DNA of 63,736 bases, counting the filler, from Reticulomyxa filosa (taxonomy: Eukaryota > Protista > Foraminifera), in NCBI GenBank assembly GCA_000512085.1. It is 13 parts of 13 records of this genome, joined end to end, with 100 filler letters (N's around TTAATTAATTAA, not from the genome) between each part and the next. Parts side by side here need not be neighbours in the genome. Positions count along the whole stretch, not along the records: positions 1 to 22,640 come from ASPP01009867.1; positions 22,741 to 29,588 come from ASPP01005515.1; 11 more parts are not named here. One strand, written 5' to 3'. Shown piece by piece: positions 13,601 through 27,062 of the stretch. A program made the translations under genes and the position numbers. Below the pieces are notes generated by a model that saw only the letters and a program-made list of their open reading frames with translations, made no database searches and was not told the DNA's origin. The stretch's first letter is position 1. Each line of letters opens with the position of its first letter.

Positions 13601-16600
13601 CGAAAGTGAATCAAACCAATTGTAAATTTGACGTGTTGATTACAACAGCGCAAGTGATCAATAGCGATAAAAAACGATTGAATTGGGACAAAATCAAATG
13701 GCAATGTATAATCGTAGATGAAGCACATTGTTTAAAAAGTCGATCTGTGTTACTTTATAAAAATTTAGTTACATTCAAACATCCTCAAATCCATCAGTTT
13801 CAAACGCATGTGGTTTTAATGACCGGAACACCGATTCAAAACAATGTCAAAGAGCTATTCAGTTTGCTCCATTTTTTAGACCCGAAAGAATTTGCCTCCG
13901 AGCAATTATTTTTGTTGTCCTTTCCACCGGATAAGTTACATGAATGCCAAAAAGAATTGAAGCAGTGTTTGCAACCGAGATTATTACAGCGTTACAAATC
14001 ATTAGTAGAAAAGAATTTGCAAAATCGTGAAGAGAAAATTGTTTGGGTGGAATTAACCTTTTTCCAAAAAAAATGGTATCGCGCATTGTATGAAAAAAGT
14101 TATGATCAATTACGAAAACTAGGCTCCAAATCATCATTGCTGAATGTATCGATTCAATTGCGCAAATGCTGCAATCATCCTTTCCTCCTTCCGGACGTGG
14201 AAGAAACAATATCACCCGAAGGCATATCCCAAACGGTTCTGTGGGAAAACTTGATCAAGGCCAGCGGCAAATTAGTGTTGTTGGACAAACTGTTGCCCAA
14301 ATTACAACTCGAAGGTCGTCGCGTACTCATCTTTTCTCAAATGACTCGACTGTTGGATATCATTGAAGATTTTTTAGTATATCGACAATACCAATACGAA
14401 CGATTGGATGGAGGCGTCACTGGCGCTTCTCGACAAGAAGCTATTGATCGTTTCACTGTCAACAATGATATCTTTGCATTTTTATTGAGCACACGCGCTG
14501 GAGGTGTTGGTATCAATTTAATGGCTGCTGATACTGTTATCATTTATGACAGCGATTGGAATCCCATGAACGACATTCAGGCCATTGCCAGAGCTCATCG
14601 TATTGGACAAACCAAACAAGTCAATGTTTACCGCTTGGTTACACGAAATACGTATGAAGAAGGTAAAACAACGCAGAAATATAAGAGAACTAGGGATACC
14701 TCTCCGTGTCTTTTACACTCCATAACAAACTTTTATTTTCTGGGATTTTTTTTATTTTAAAAAACAACTTAAAAGGAATGTTTAAGAGGGCCGACCAAAA
14801 ATTAGCGTTAAACAAGGTAGTAATGGGTGATGTTCAAGATTTAAGCAAAACGGAAATTGATCAAATGCTGAGGAAAGGCGCCATCAGTATCTTTTTGAAA
14901 GACAAAGAAACAGACAATGAAATTGAAAAATTTGCCAATGCAAGCATCGACGAAATTTTGTCAACTCGTTGCGAAGCTGTTGCCAATGATGATGAGAATA
15001 GTGAAGCTGATGAAAAAAACAAAAAGGTACATAGCAATAGAGAAGGCGCAATGTTCAGTGAGGCTCACTTTGCTGCCAATGATGAAGATATTCATATCAA
15101 TTGGGACGCCGAAGATTTTTGGGAAAGAGTTATTGATGATAATCGACCAGAAAATAAAGACAATGTAGCTGCAGAAGCAGATTCATATCCCACGAAAGAA
15201 ATTCAAGGTTATATATTTTGTGTGTATGTGTGTGCTGTTTACAAGAGTCCAAGGTAATGCATTTTTAAAAGAAACATATAACACATAAAAAAATCTTGGT
15301 AAATTTGTATGTTCACCAACAGCCAAAGAAGCTCCTAATGTAAAAGCAAAAAGCGCTGATAATAGTCATAATGCGAAATCGAGAAAAGGTAAGGAATGTT
15401 CGTTATTGGAAGCATTGTTGGTATGCACGTATGGACAATGGTACGACATTTACAACAGATTGTCGCCAAGTGAAAAAGCACAATTGGATTTGCATTTAAC
15501 TAAAGAGACAGAGAACAAAGAACAAGAAAAGACAGAGAATGAAGAACAAGAAAAGACCGTTGCACCAAGTGTGCTCAACAAAACTGAAGCAAAAGACTGC
15601 ATTTCAAGCGAAATATGCTCTCGACTGAGACAAGCGGTCATCGAAACCCTTGCGTACATGCTGCAGTTGGTGAAACCAGAGTTGCGCTTTGAGCTATTAC
15701 GATCAAGGGAGGCGTGGTTATGCGATCCTTTGTTTGTAAAGGATGCTATTGACACGTACATTGATCAATTGTTTGCAAAAAAGAGGTTACGCGCACTAAT
15801 GGATACAGCCAACGAATATAAAAAAAAGTCACGGCATTGTCCAAGAATGAAAAAGAAAAGCAGGTTGACAGGCGCAGAAAGAGCGCAAAGAAAGGCTATT
15901 GCACTACTTTGCGTTGTAAGCGTTGGATAGATGATGAAAACACTACTCCTTTGGCTACATGTTGCTCCACCTGTGTGGAAAATTCGAATAAGTTTCATGA
16001 TGTGAAATGTGACCGTCGCTATGCGAAGCAGTTCATTTGGGAGTGTGTGGAAGCAATCAAATTGAAATGTCGCTCTAGCTTCAAGTCGGAAAATAAAGGC
16101 ACGGTTCGAATTGATGAAGCATTGGTCCGGGATGAATTGGTCCACCATCCTGTTGAAGTGATATTAATGAACATACGGCCGTGTATTATCGATAAAGAAC
16201 ATCTCAAAAACTTACTTACCACCAAAGCCTGTGGAGACATCAAAGCAATTGTACAACAGTTGGAGAAGATATTTATTTTGCGAGGTTTATTCACTAGTGT
16301 TTTGGGTCTCGACATGGATTGTTGTCAAGAGATTGGAAAGGGAGGATTTCCTGTGGACGAGGCTCTAGACAAACTGCGTGCACTTCCTTTGTGGACTGAG
16401 TCCAAATTTGCAAAGTCCATGCCAGATTGGTGGAACAAAGATTGTGATTGCAATTTGCTCAAAGGAACTTTAATCCGTGGCTGGGGCTGTATTTCCGAAA
16501 TGTGGGCCAATGAACATGGATTTACGGATATGTGTTCAGTTTGTAACTCGCTTTTTTTTTTTTTTTGCTATTGTTTGTGTGAGTTTTGTTTTTATCCTTT

Positions 16601-17898
16601 TGTACTGTGGAAAATGAAAAAAAAAAATAGAAAAGGAAGCAATGGATCGCAAGCAAAAAACAAATTTCTCGTCTTGGCTCACTTGTTTGCTACTTTCGTA
16701 AGGCTGTTCGAACTGCTCATCAAGAGTATCATGACGCACAAAAAAAAAAAGCCGCTGCACAAATTCTGGAGGCGGCAACTGTGAAAAAATTGCCACCTGT
16801 GGAAGCCGCTGTGGAAAAAAGTGTTGATCTATCCTCGACAAAAAAAAAGAAAAAGAAAAAACCACATGCAAAGAATGACGAAAACAAACCCGATCCCCCG
16901 TGCGTGACTCCAGTACCGCTTAAAATTGCCCAACGAGAGATACTATGCTTGGGAACAGTCGAGTATAAGAATCCCAATTATCATACCAAGAAATTTATTT
17001 TTCCGATCGGTTATAAGATCAGACAGATGCTCCCATCTTTGCAACATAAAAATAAGACCTGTCATTACACAGCCGAAATTGAACGAGGCACTGCCGACAA
17101 AGAAGGAGAACAAGACACTCCAACCTTTGTCATCACATGTGAAGATTTTGCTGGATTTCGAATTGAAGATAAATCAAGCTCTGTAGCATGGCAGAAATTG
17201 ATGAACCAAATTAACGAATTTACTCGGGAAACCAAACCTGATACATCGGACACAATACACAAATCCAGTGAATTAGAAGACAAAACCAAAGTAGAGAATG
17301 TAAACACAAGCGATGCAAAAGAAGAAGAAAAAACGTCACCGATAACTGAAAAAGAAAATGTGGATCTTACGGAATCCAAAACTGATGACAAGGCTGCGAC
17401 TGAAACCTTACCGTATTTTTTTTTTTAAAGAAGACATAAATAAACAAATAAATCATTGATTTTTTTGTCTGTTTGATTAATAGTCAAATTAATGGCTTTG
17501 TAAAAATGGGACTGAAACTAAGTAAAGTCATCCGTGCAGTTGAATTTTTAGAAAATGCTGAAATGTGCAAAAAATACGAGTTTCAGTTTCGTCGGGTCGC
17601 ACATCAACAAATTGATTACAAAAAAAAGACCCGCAAGCACAAAAAAGAAGCAAATGATGAAAATAGTTCATCTGCCACAAGCAAAAAAAAAAAGAAGAAA
17701 AAAAAATCGAAAGAGGTAACATCATCCGCAGAGAACGAAGCGCGACCTGAGAACACCACAAAGACAACTATGCGTTCACGTAAAAGAAAATTGGCGGAAA
17801 TAACTCAAACCGATCTTCCTGCTTCCAAAAATGATGCTTCCAATGAAGGAGAGTCGTCAGTGCCTGAAAATAAACGCGCAAGGCTAAGCGAAACATAA
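10604..17898 (+). CDS. CHD-family (CHD6-9/Kismet-like) chromatin-remodelling ATPase with C-terminal FYRN/FYRC; multi-exon, several apparent 1-nt indels
   Basis: Chromodomains (KYLIKYFDKSYHHCEWL; YLVKWTNIQYDEATWE); SNF2 motifs ILADEMGLGKT, DEAH, TGTPIQN, QLRKCCNHPFL, LIFSQM, LLSTRAGGVGINL, DSDWNP, ARAHRIGQ; PDWWNKDCDCNLLKG; FYRN (LGTVEY..PNYHTKKFIFPIGY) and FYRC (AWQKLM; GFVKMGL..VIRAVEFLENAEMCKKY). Confidence 0.9.
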
Positions 17899-18267
17899 AT
17901 ATACCTCAGAGCTGAAAGACGTTATTGTTTTGTGGAATTTGTTATTTTCTCTATACTTAATGTTGCTGGTGCATTGTTAACAAAGTGTGTATTAACTTCT
18001 TCTGGAACTCGTTTTGTTTATTCTGTTCTTTTATTTAAGTTAGGAAAGATTCTAATGGCCAAATATGAGTGCTTTTTTTTTGGATAACTTGAGTGGATAT
18101 TTGAAAACTCGAAATCTTTCAATATTGCTTTTTTTTATCTTGGCAGACCAGTTTATGCTTTGCTGTTAAAATTTTTTGAATGCATGGGTAAGGGATTTGT
18201 TGGGCGTTTTATTGATATGAAATGGAGTACTGAATAATTGACTTAAAGCGTTTAAACATTAAAAAAG

Positions 18268-20406
18268 TCATTCTTTTAACCACTCGTCAAACAATTCATT
18301 TTGTTTATGTGGGTACAGCCATAGCAATATTTTAATTATAAAAGAAACACAAAGCCTTGAGTGAATCTGATGCAGCTTTCGTAGTGCCCTTTCTTTTCTA
18401 ATGCATGCCATAAATTGTGCAACAGTTGTCCATTTTTCCACATTGTCAGATGTTTTGTAATCGTCATTACTGTCAAAGTGAATGCATACCTCATTTTTAT
18501 TTTTGTGTTCATCCTCATTACTATTTTGTGTTTCAGTGAAATCAATGGGATCAGTTTGCATTAATTTCAAACATGTTTCTAATTGCAATACAGGAATTTT
18601 TATATTGTCATTTAATCTTAAGAAGTAGGGCATGGAGAATCTGGGAGCACTCAAATCTCTGGCCAAGTTCATATTCACACGATGAAATAAGGGTTGATAA
18701 AAAGATCCAGTAATGCACGAAAGTGTGTATCCTGGTCACAATACACAATCTAATTCAATATGATGCCTCTCTTGTTTTCACTTTACAAAAAAAACCTGAA
18801 TGAACAAGCAAGTCATTTTCATTCAATAAAGAGTCAATATCAATCCATTGATTAGCACCCGATAGACACACCTCCAACCCAGAAGTAGAGGCCTTTGGTG
18901 AGAGAGTAACAACTCCCAAATCACAGTGTGGATAATAGGTCAATTTCGAATTGTAATCGCTGGCAATTTTCTGAGAAGATTTGGAAGGACTCCTGTGGGA
19001 ATTGTTTTTGGTATGATTGCCATATTACATGTGGTTTGACTCTACACTAATGCGCGACATAATCGCAGAATCAATGCAAAAATAAAAAATAAACGGAGAT
19101 AATAACTTTGATTGCAAAAAATTAGGACTAGGATAATGCAATACTCGAAGACACGATTGTTCATCGCAGTCTTTCTTCCAATCCAATTGTTCGCTCAAAT
19201 GGAGACTCTTTAATTCTTTGGATCGTAACTCACCATATTTCAACAAAATACTAGTCACTTCACAGGATACCTCATACAAAGAGTTGTTCACCTACCACAT
19301 AATCAATCAAAACGGAAACGTATATACTTCACGTATTCATTTTTCAAAAATGAATGCCATTGAGCAACGACAAAAAAAAAAAGACCCAAATGAGCAATTT
19401 GCACATATATGTGGTTTTTGGTTCATACAAGTCGGCCTATTCCATGAATGCAATCACGAGTATTTACTAACGGCCAACTTTCGGTTTTCTTGCACGAGTG
19501 CATGTTTGCATGTGAGTGTGGAGATGAATGTGGCAACACAAATTCAATCAACTCTCGATGGAACCCTTCACATCGATATAAAAACTCTCCCTTACTTTCC
19601 GTTGACTTTTTTTGTTTGCTGTTGACGTCATGTTGCAAAAAAAAAGAAAAGGAATGGCTATATAATTGTCGAATTTGAGAATACAATGACAGCCAATCAC
19701 TGCCTTTGCAATTCGTCATCGGGGGATCATCCTCTGTCGCCGTACATGTTGTCGTCGTCATCGACGTCGGTTCACTTGGCATTTCTATTATTGCAAAACC
19801 ATTGATACGCATACTCTCCGCGAACTCACATTGGCGGTGAAAATTGTTCATCAGTTCCAAAAGGCTGACCCGAGCAAATTTGATTTGGGTTGTAGGTTTT
19901 TGCGATTTTGTCTGCCAAGTGATTGATATATGAAATCGAGGAAACAAAAGAAATGGAAGAGAAGAAAGAAATCAGCGAAAAATAAAATAAAATAAAAACT
20001 CAACTAAACATGGAATGGCAATGCTGGAATTTAACGAATGTTTAGGTGATTGTGTGTCATAAAATTGCAACCAAATTGCGTGCTGCTGAGTCATATGAAG
20101 GGATAAAAGAGGTCCATAACGTGCCGGACTTTGGATATTTATATCCTTCCTTCCAATCAATCCCATTCCTTGTGCCAATTTTTGCTCGACTTTGGAAGAA
20201 GATAAATCTCTTGTCAGAAATGTTGCACTAGACAACTCATTTTTCTTTGTAAAGAAATAAATCGATACTGGGCGCAAGTATCTGTAGTAACATGGGGACA
20301 CCAATATCACCAAACAGTACGTTACGCACGCGTATGTTCCGAGGTAATAGCACGCAAAAAATATCAATACGCCCGTAAAAATATTTATTCCCAAAAGAAG
20401 CTTCAT
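18268..20406 (-). CDS. 2-oxoglutarate/Fe(II)-dependent oxygenase (IPNS/DIOX-like) with N-terminal hydrophobic anchor; multi-exon
   Basis: INGFAII, LRVLHYP, HCDLGVVTL (HxD), SGLEV, FHRV (distal His) and RFSMPYF (RxS). The exon at ~20000-20406 encodes two hydrophobic segments and splices in phase 0. Confidence 0.82.
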
Positions 20407-20795
20407 TTAGCGATTCTTGTGCCTCGTTGAAATATTCTTAATTACAAAATAGACTTTTTTAAAAGACTGTAGGTGTCCTACAAAGAAAGTTTAGCAACAC
20501 ACAAACGAATCAGGCGCTAAACAAGAGTTTATAATATAACATATTGAAGTAAATGTTAAGCAAATTTAGGAGTATTATGATTAAATAGAAAAAGAACAAA
20601 ATCTTTCTTGTTTTTTTACTTCTCATTCTTTTATTTTTTTAAAACATATCTTGCGTTTTGCTTATACTGATAGAATTAGAGTTCTGTTTTTTTTGATAAC
20701 TTCAGTAAATAAAAAAAACTTTAGTGTTCTTTGTGTGAAAGAGAGTTGAATTCCATTTCATTTTGCGCTACTTGAATCCTAAAAAAAGTTTCATA

Positions 20796-22527
20796 ATGAC
20801 AAGTCGTTATACAAAAACGATACTGAAAGGCTACAGTACCTCTGAGCTTCAAGAACTTGCCGCAGGGGAGGGGCTATTAATTCCTGGCAAGAAAAAAAAA
20901 ACAGTGATTTTAAGACATTTGTTTAGCCATTTCGGGATCGAAAATGACAAGAGTATTCAACAGCGAGAAAAGCGTTTGGTGGAAGCCTATTTTGACGCAT
21001 TTGTTCTTGCAGTTTCCAAAGTTCTGTAAAAAAAAAACAAACAAAAAATCAAAACAGCAAAACAAAAAATCGAACCAAAATTTTCAGGCTGATCGAGATA
21101 CGGAGTCTGTCCTTGCAATAATTTTGAGTCGAGTAAATAAGTCGTTTAAAATTGAACTTGGTATCGAGATAACGACCCAAGCGAGATTGGAGTTTGTGGA
21201 AAATTTGTGTAGTTATTGTCAAAAAAATGGGAAAGAAATAAAAGACTGCAAGCCTGATTATTATGCAACGCACTTTTTGTTTGACCAATTATCTCAATTG
21301 GAAAAAGTTATGTGTTTGCAAAGAAAACCAAAACATTTTTTTTGGGAAAAGAATAAAAATTTCTTAAAATATCAATTTTTTAAATAGAGTGCATTTTCAA
21401 ATAAAGTTGCGGATCCTGTGTTTGACGAATTGAATGGAATGTTGGCAGCATGGATATTGGTTGCAGTTTTGCATTTTTGTTGTCGTTGTTGTAGTGAAAT
21501 TTTTTCTAAAGAAACATTGACCCTCTTCTCTCTCTTTTCCAAACTTAAAAAATATGCACTTGCAAAACGTCCAGATCAAAAAAAAAAAAAAATTGGTTAA
21601 CAACAAAATTTCGACAGAGACTAGAAAAGATACTGGAAGGAACGTACAGTTCAAGCTCAGGATCGAGCACTCAGAACAAAGAAGGGTTTTTGATGTTTCG
21701 TGCTTATTTCACCAAAAGACACGCCGTGGTTGACCACTTGTGGAAAATCATTTACAATTGTTTAGTCATCATCAACTGTGAACAAAAGTTTGCCAAACCG
21801 GTAACAAAGCAAAAATTTTCCGAAATTTGCAATGTTTTGTACTATATACAAATTTTTTTTTTTTTTGTTTGTTTATTGTAAGTATGTGTGATGTCTTATG
21901 TAAATAAATAAATAAATAAAAGTATATATAACTGGATAACAAAACTCACAATTTTTGAGGGAAAAAAAAAAATGGGCCACGTATAGTGGATTCGTTTATT
22001 TTGTCAACAATCTATCAATGATAATCTTACTGCAAGGACGTCTCCGAAACCTTCGCTTTGCAGTCAAAGTGCATTGCCAACAACCTCGCGAGTTTGCCGT
22101 TTTTCGTCTATTCTCCCTGTCCTCTCTCTTTTTTTTTCCAGCGCTCGTGACTTAGAAATTGTTCATCTTGCTCATTTTACAAAAAATAAATCGGAATACA
22201 CAGATTCCGGTGGCAACGGCGGTACATATCGTCTATGATAATAACGCGTCAAATGAGTCACTGGAATGGGAGTTGCAAATGAAAGAGGCGACAATTGTGT
22301 CGTTGCAAGAGAAATTGAAGCTGCTACAATGGGAATTGGCAAATAGAGAAGCTAAGAACAGTTATAGTGACAGCTATAGCGACAGTTACTGCTACAGTTG
22401 TGATATGGGAGACAAGGAGATCAATGATTTACGCTCTTGTCCTAGTGATCTCAATTGCAGCTGGCAGTCACCTTCGTTTGCAACAAACGGTATGGACGTA
22501 GATTTTTCCAATATTTCTTTTGACTGA
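20796..22527 (+). CDS. Hypothetical multi-exon protein with C-terminal coiled coil
   Basis: Chain of coding-like exons separated by GT-AG introns. N-terminal YSTSELQELAAGEGL..KKTVILRHL weakly resembles a SAP/HEH helix pair. Confidence 0.55.
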
Positions 22528-22604
22528 TGCCACGAAAAGGGAACTCTAAAAGAACTTTCTCATTTCCTACGTAAATCTCATTTCGCTCTATTTTTCTGTT
22601 TATT

Positions 22605-22640
<36 letters not shown>

Positions 22641-22740
22641 NNNNNNNNNNNNNNNNNNNNNNNNNNNNNNNNNNNNNNNNNNNNTTAATTAATTAANNNN
22701 NNNNNNNNNNNNNNNNNNNNNNNNNNNNNNNNNNNNNNNN
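22641..22740. other. Artificial contig-joining spacer (44N-TTAATTAATTAA-44N). Identical copies at 29589-29688, 36840-36939, 38743-38842, 40813-40912, 49558-49657, 51049-51148, 52668-52767, 53970-54069, 59630-59729, 61117-61216, 62315-62414
   Basis: Exact 100-nt unit repeated 12 times. The core has stop codons in all six frames, and genes are truncated at these points. Confidence 0.99.
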
Positions 22741-22820
22741 TTTTTTTTTTTTTTTTCTTCTTGCCATAAAGAGAGAGATGAAAATAGAAAAACATACAAA
22801 CACAATTACAATGAAAACAG

Positions 22821-25800
22821 ATATTGAAAGAATTAAACGTTGAATACATTGTTGCTCCTTATGAAGCAGATGCGCAACTGGCATATTTATACCAGACTCG
22901 TAAGATATCTGCCGTGATCTCTGAAGACTCTGACTTGTTGGTGTTTGGTGTTGGAAAAGTTAAGAAGAGAAAACAAGCCGAAAATGGTAGATGTTTATTT
23001 GATAAAGAGAAAATTCACCCAACAAATTCAAAGGTCTTATTCAAATGGAAACGTGCAGAAGGCAAAGGTGATGAAATCGTGCTGCAAAACCTCGGATCTA
23101 ATCGCTCACTTAAGTATTTTTGACAACAAAATATCAATAAAAAAACTGATGTACAAATTGTCTTTTTTTTTTTTTTTTTTTTTGTATATGGGCTTGTAGA
23201 TTTGCAAATTGGACACATGACATGTTCGTTGATATGTGCATTCTAAGCGGATGTGACTATTTGGTCTCGATTCCGGGTATCGGAATCAAAACTGCACATC
23301 AATTAATTTCCAAACATGGTAACTATCAAAAAGTGGTCCAACAGTTGCGGTCGGAAGGAAAGATCAAAATACCTGAAAATTATCCTGAACTATTTCAAAA
23401 AGCAAAATGGTCGTTCCGTCATCAAACTGTCTATGACAAAGAATTGAAACGATTAGTGCATTTAAACCCATTACCTGTAGATTTGGGCAACCAAGACATA
23501 TTTTTTTTGGGGCCGTATGTTTGGAAAAATTTTCCTCTTTTCTCTTTCTAAAGCTACAATGTATATTGCTTATGTTTGGTTGTGCAAGAACAGAATGTTT
23601 GAAAATGAAACTGCACAAAAAATTGCAGAGGGGTTGATGGACCCTATTACAAAGTGTCTCTTTGAGGACAGTGCGTCAAAATTGTGCTCGGCACTTCCAC
23701 ATACAACTGAAGACGAGCTTGTCACACGAAGGCAATCACTTGGCACCGTTGGACCCAAAAAAAAAAGACGAAATAGAGCAAGTTGTGAACAAAAAATCCA
23801 AAATAATACATTGGAAAAATATTGTGAAAGAAGAAAAAGCAACATATCATCAAAGTCGATCCCAAATCCTCGAGCAAGCCAGGAAAAAGCTAATGATGGC
23901 TACGAAAAGTGCAGTCCAAGTCCTCCTCCACCGGTGTTAGTTTTGGAAAAAGAATATCTGAAAAGATTGGAGCAGTTCAAGGGAAATATTGATGCAAGTG
24001 AAACAAATCCCAAACATGGTCGCTGTTCTGCTGTCTCTCTGCAAATGCAAAGTTTGAAAAAATAACTTCGTGGGAGTTTCTTTGCACTTGCTATTAGATG
24101 TATGTTAATCTCGTTGCAATGATATAACAACAATGCCCGTATTATAGAAAATGAGAATAACGAAGAAGTGGTTATCACCTCACAAAAAGAGTCTCAATTA
24201 TTTCAACCATTGTTTCATTCCCCAAAGAATGAATATCATGGCAAAGCTATGGCCTTGTTTGATTTACAGCCTGTGTCCACAGGGAAAGAAATCATAGCTA
24301 CCAATTTCCAAGCCGAGACGGACAATCAAAAACTAAATTTTTCAAAAATGTAAAGATTTAATGAATGTCGTAGCCCTTAGCGTAGACAGCAAAGAAATGG
24401 AAAAAGAAAAAGTTGCACAAATGGGCACAAAGCACACAGAAAAACAAATGTATAATTCTAGGCCAGAAAAACCTACAAAGAGGAAATTTTCACAACATGA
24501 AATAAATGACAATGATAATGACTCCAGCAGCTATCATGCAGATTTAGACATGCTCGTGCATGAAGAAAGCAGAAGAAAAAGAAAGAGAAGTTCTTTCGAA
24601 AGCCCATTTGTAAACAGAGATGCAAGTCCACTTTTGACAAAGTTTTTTTATTTTTTTTACAAATCAAAGATAGATATGATTCTTTCATATCTTATTTGAC
24701 TGGACAACATACTTATAATTAGTGTGCATACACGTGAAATTCCTCGAGCAGCCTTAGACTTGGATTCCTTTCGAAATGAAATAGCTCGTACAGATTTGGC
24801 CACTAATCCTGTCCAAGTCAAGGATATGCAACAAAAACAGCAAAATGAAAATCACTCCAGCAGCAGTTCAAACTTATCGAATGTGTTAAAGGGCGTACTA
24901 AACGAAACTTCTTATGGAAATGCCAAAAAAATTCCAACTCCCGTTGATGATAAAGTAAGTGTTGGAATATCAAGTTGTCATAATACTCAGGTCTCTGGCG
25001 CTCTTTCAGCATCAATTTGCGATACTTCCTTTAAAGTTCAAGGTAACACGAATAACAATCAAGAATCTAACAATGTTATTCAAAACAATATACTGATTCC
25101 AGAAACTCCAGACAGTGAAAATGGATCTGCCATACATGGAGGCCTACCATACGATACTAATTACATAAACAATCATAATTTGGAGATGTGGCAAAAACAT
25201 AACGCTTTGAGGCAAGCATATACAATGAAGCAAGGTCTGTATACTATTTCAGTTCTCATATAATAAAAACGGTTCATAAATTAAGATGATTTGCATCATT
25301 ACTTGCGGAATTGATGCTTTTTCATTTTAGGTACACAGTGTAAGCAGATCGGAGAAATACCATCAAGCCTCCATGAAGATGAAATAATGTCTAATCAAAT
25401 GGAAATGAACTATTTCACCAGAGGTGACTTTGAGCTTACTGTACCAGATTCACCAAATTCTAACACCAACAGAAACGATGAAAAACAAAATAATTGGCAA
25501 GTTAATGGCACAGATGACGGTGATGCTGAGTTAGTATCACTTGAAGTAGTTAAGCCGGCCAGGACAACAGGTAATGACTACATTAATGAGGCACTGCAGC
25601 AAGACGAATATAGAAACTTTTTAACCCTAAAAAATACAATGATGGATACATCTCGAATTCAACTCCACTCTCGAGCAAAGACCAAAGAGGAACAGACAAA
25701 TGTCATCAAGTTACCGTGTAGTCCTCCACCGATTGGTAATGAAACTCAAGAGCAAATAAGAACTGCTGAAATAGACAACACTTGGACCGAACGGATTGGG

Positions 25801-26109
25801 TACGCACATAAGCCACAGTCACCAATGACAGCATTATTGTTTAAGAAAACATTCACCAAACAAAGAAAGAGCAGCAGGTATACGCTTTTCCTTCTTTTGA
25901 AACTGCTCGAAGCCTTTCTAAAATTAGGACTCCGTGGCACCCTTAAATTCCTTCAGTTGTACTTCACTTAGATTCTTAAGTTAAAAAGTGCTTGATGCTT
26001 GATTATACAACATAGATCTCAACACTATTTCGAAAATTTGTCTCGACCCAAAGCAGCAGTGATACAAGATGAATCTCTTCCATTGGGAGAAACCACCTCT
26101 ATCGGATGA
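22821..26109 (+). CDS. EXO1: Exonuclease 1 (XPG/Rad2 family), 5'-truncated, long low-complexity C-terminus
   Basis: [57 protein letters not shown]...[22 protein letters not shown]. Confidence 0.9.
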
Positions 26110-27062
26110 AAAATATGGTGTTATTCGTATGAAATTAATCAAGGAGCAACAGAAATTTTACTAATGTTTGCATTACACATAAGTTAAAATAATTACTTGT
26201 GTTGCAATGTATCTAAAATCCTACTATTTCTTTAAGGACTACGGGACTTAAAAAATTAGTAACAATCACACTTACCGAAAGATTTAATTGGACTGATTTA
26301 CGTGTTCATGGTTGTGCGAATATATCACGTAAAAAATTTGTTTTGAACATCAAAACCCTACTTCTTGCAAAATAAAGAAGTTTTTCATATTCGAGATTTT
26401 TTGTACAGATTTACAATAAAATTGACAGAAAAACCATCCAAAATCGATACTATAAATAATTGGAATTATTCATGAAATTAATATTTTTTTAAATGCATCT
26501 ATGAGTTGTAGAGAATCCAAAAGTATGTTTCAAAAATTTTGAAATGTAAGAAAAATTGTTTTTTGACTATGATTTTTTAAAATTTGGAGAAAAATGTATC
26601 GGTTCCATCACTAAACTGTTTTTGTTTTTTTTGTAAATTTGAGGCGTACATATTTTAAAAAATTGCTCTATGTTGTATAGACTTGATTATATTTCTTTTG
26701 GCTAAATCACAATCTGTTTAGTTATTATATCAAAAGCAGCTATTTCATAGAAATAAAGAATATTAACCAGATCAAAAAATATAAACCTTTTTCCGGAAAT
26801 ATGAACAATGGGCTTATATGATTTACCAATCTGCAACAGTCTGGCAATCTCAATGATAAGTCTTCGAACCTCAAAAGTGAAGACAAGTGATTCTGTTGAT
26901 GTTTTTAAATTTATTATTAGAGAATTGATTGACCATCAAATAATGCATTTACAGATTGTACGAAATAAGTTCAGCTGAGAAACGAAAAAGAGCTTTCGAG
27001 AAGAAAAGAAAAAGTTTAACCAAATTATAATTTAATAAAAAAACGCTGCAAATCTCCACTTT

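Noticed and set aside
15810-15835. A-AAA-AAG slippery heptamer as a programmed -1 frameshift in CHD
   Set aside because: It is one of many homopolymer indels of both signs, and no clear stimulatory structure was seen; sequencing error is simpler.
22641-22740. Regularly recurring TTAATTAATTAA palindrome flanked by N runs, as a possible biological repeat or CRISPR-like array
   Set aside because: Exact 44N/12/44N construct with six-frame stops; an artificial linker. ORFs ending '...XXXLIN' are artefacts.
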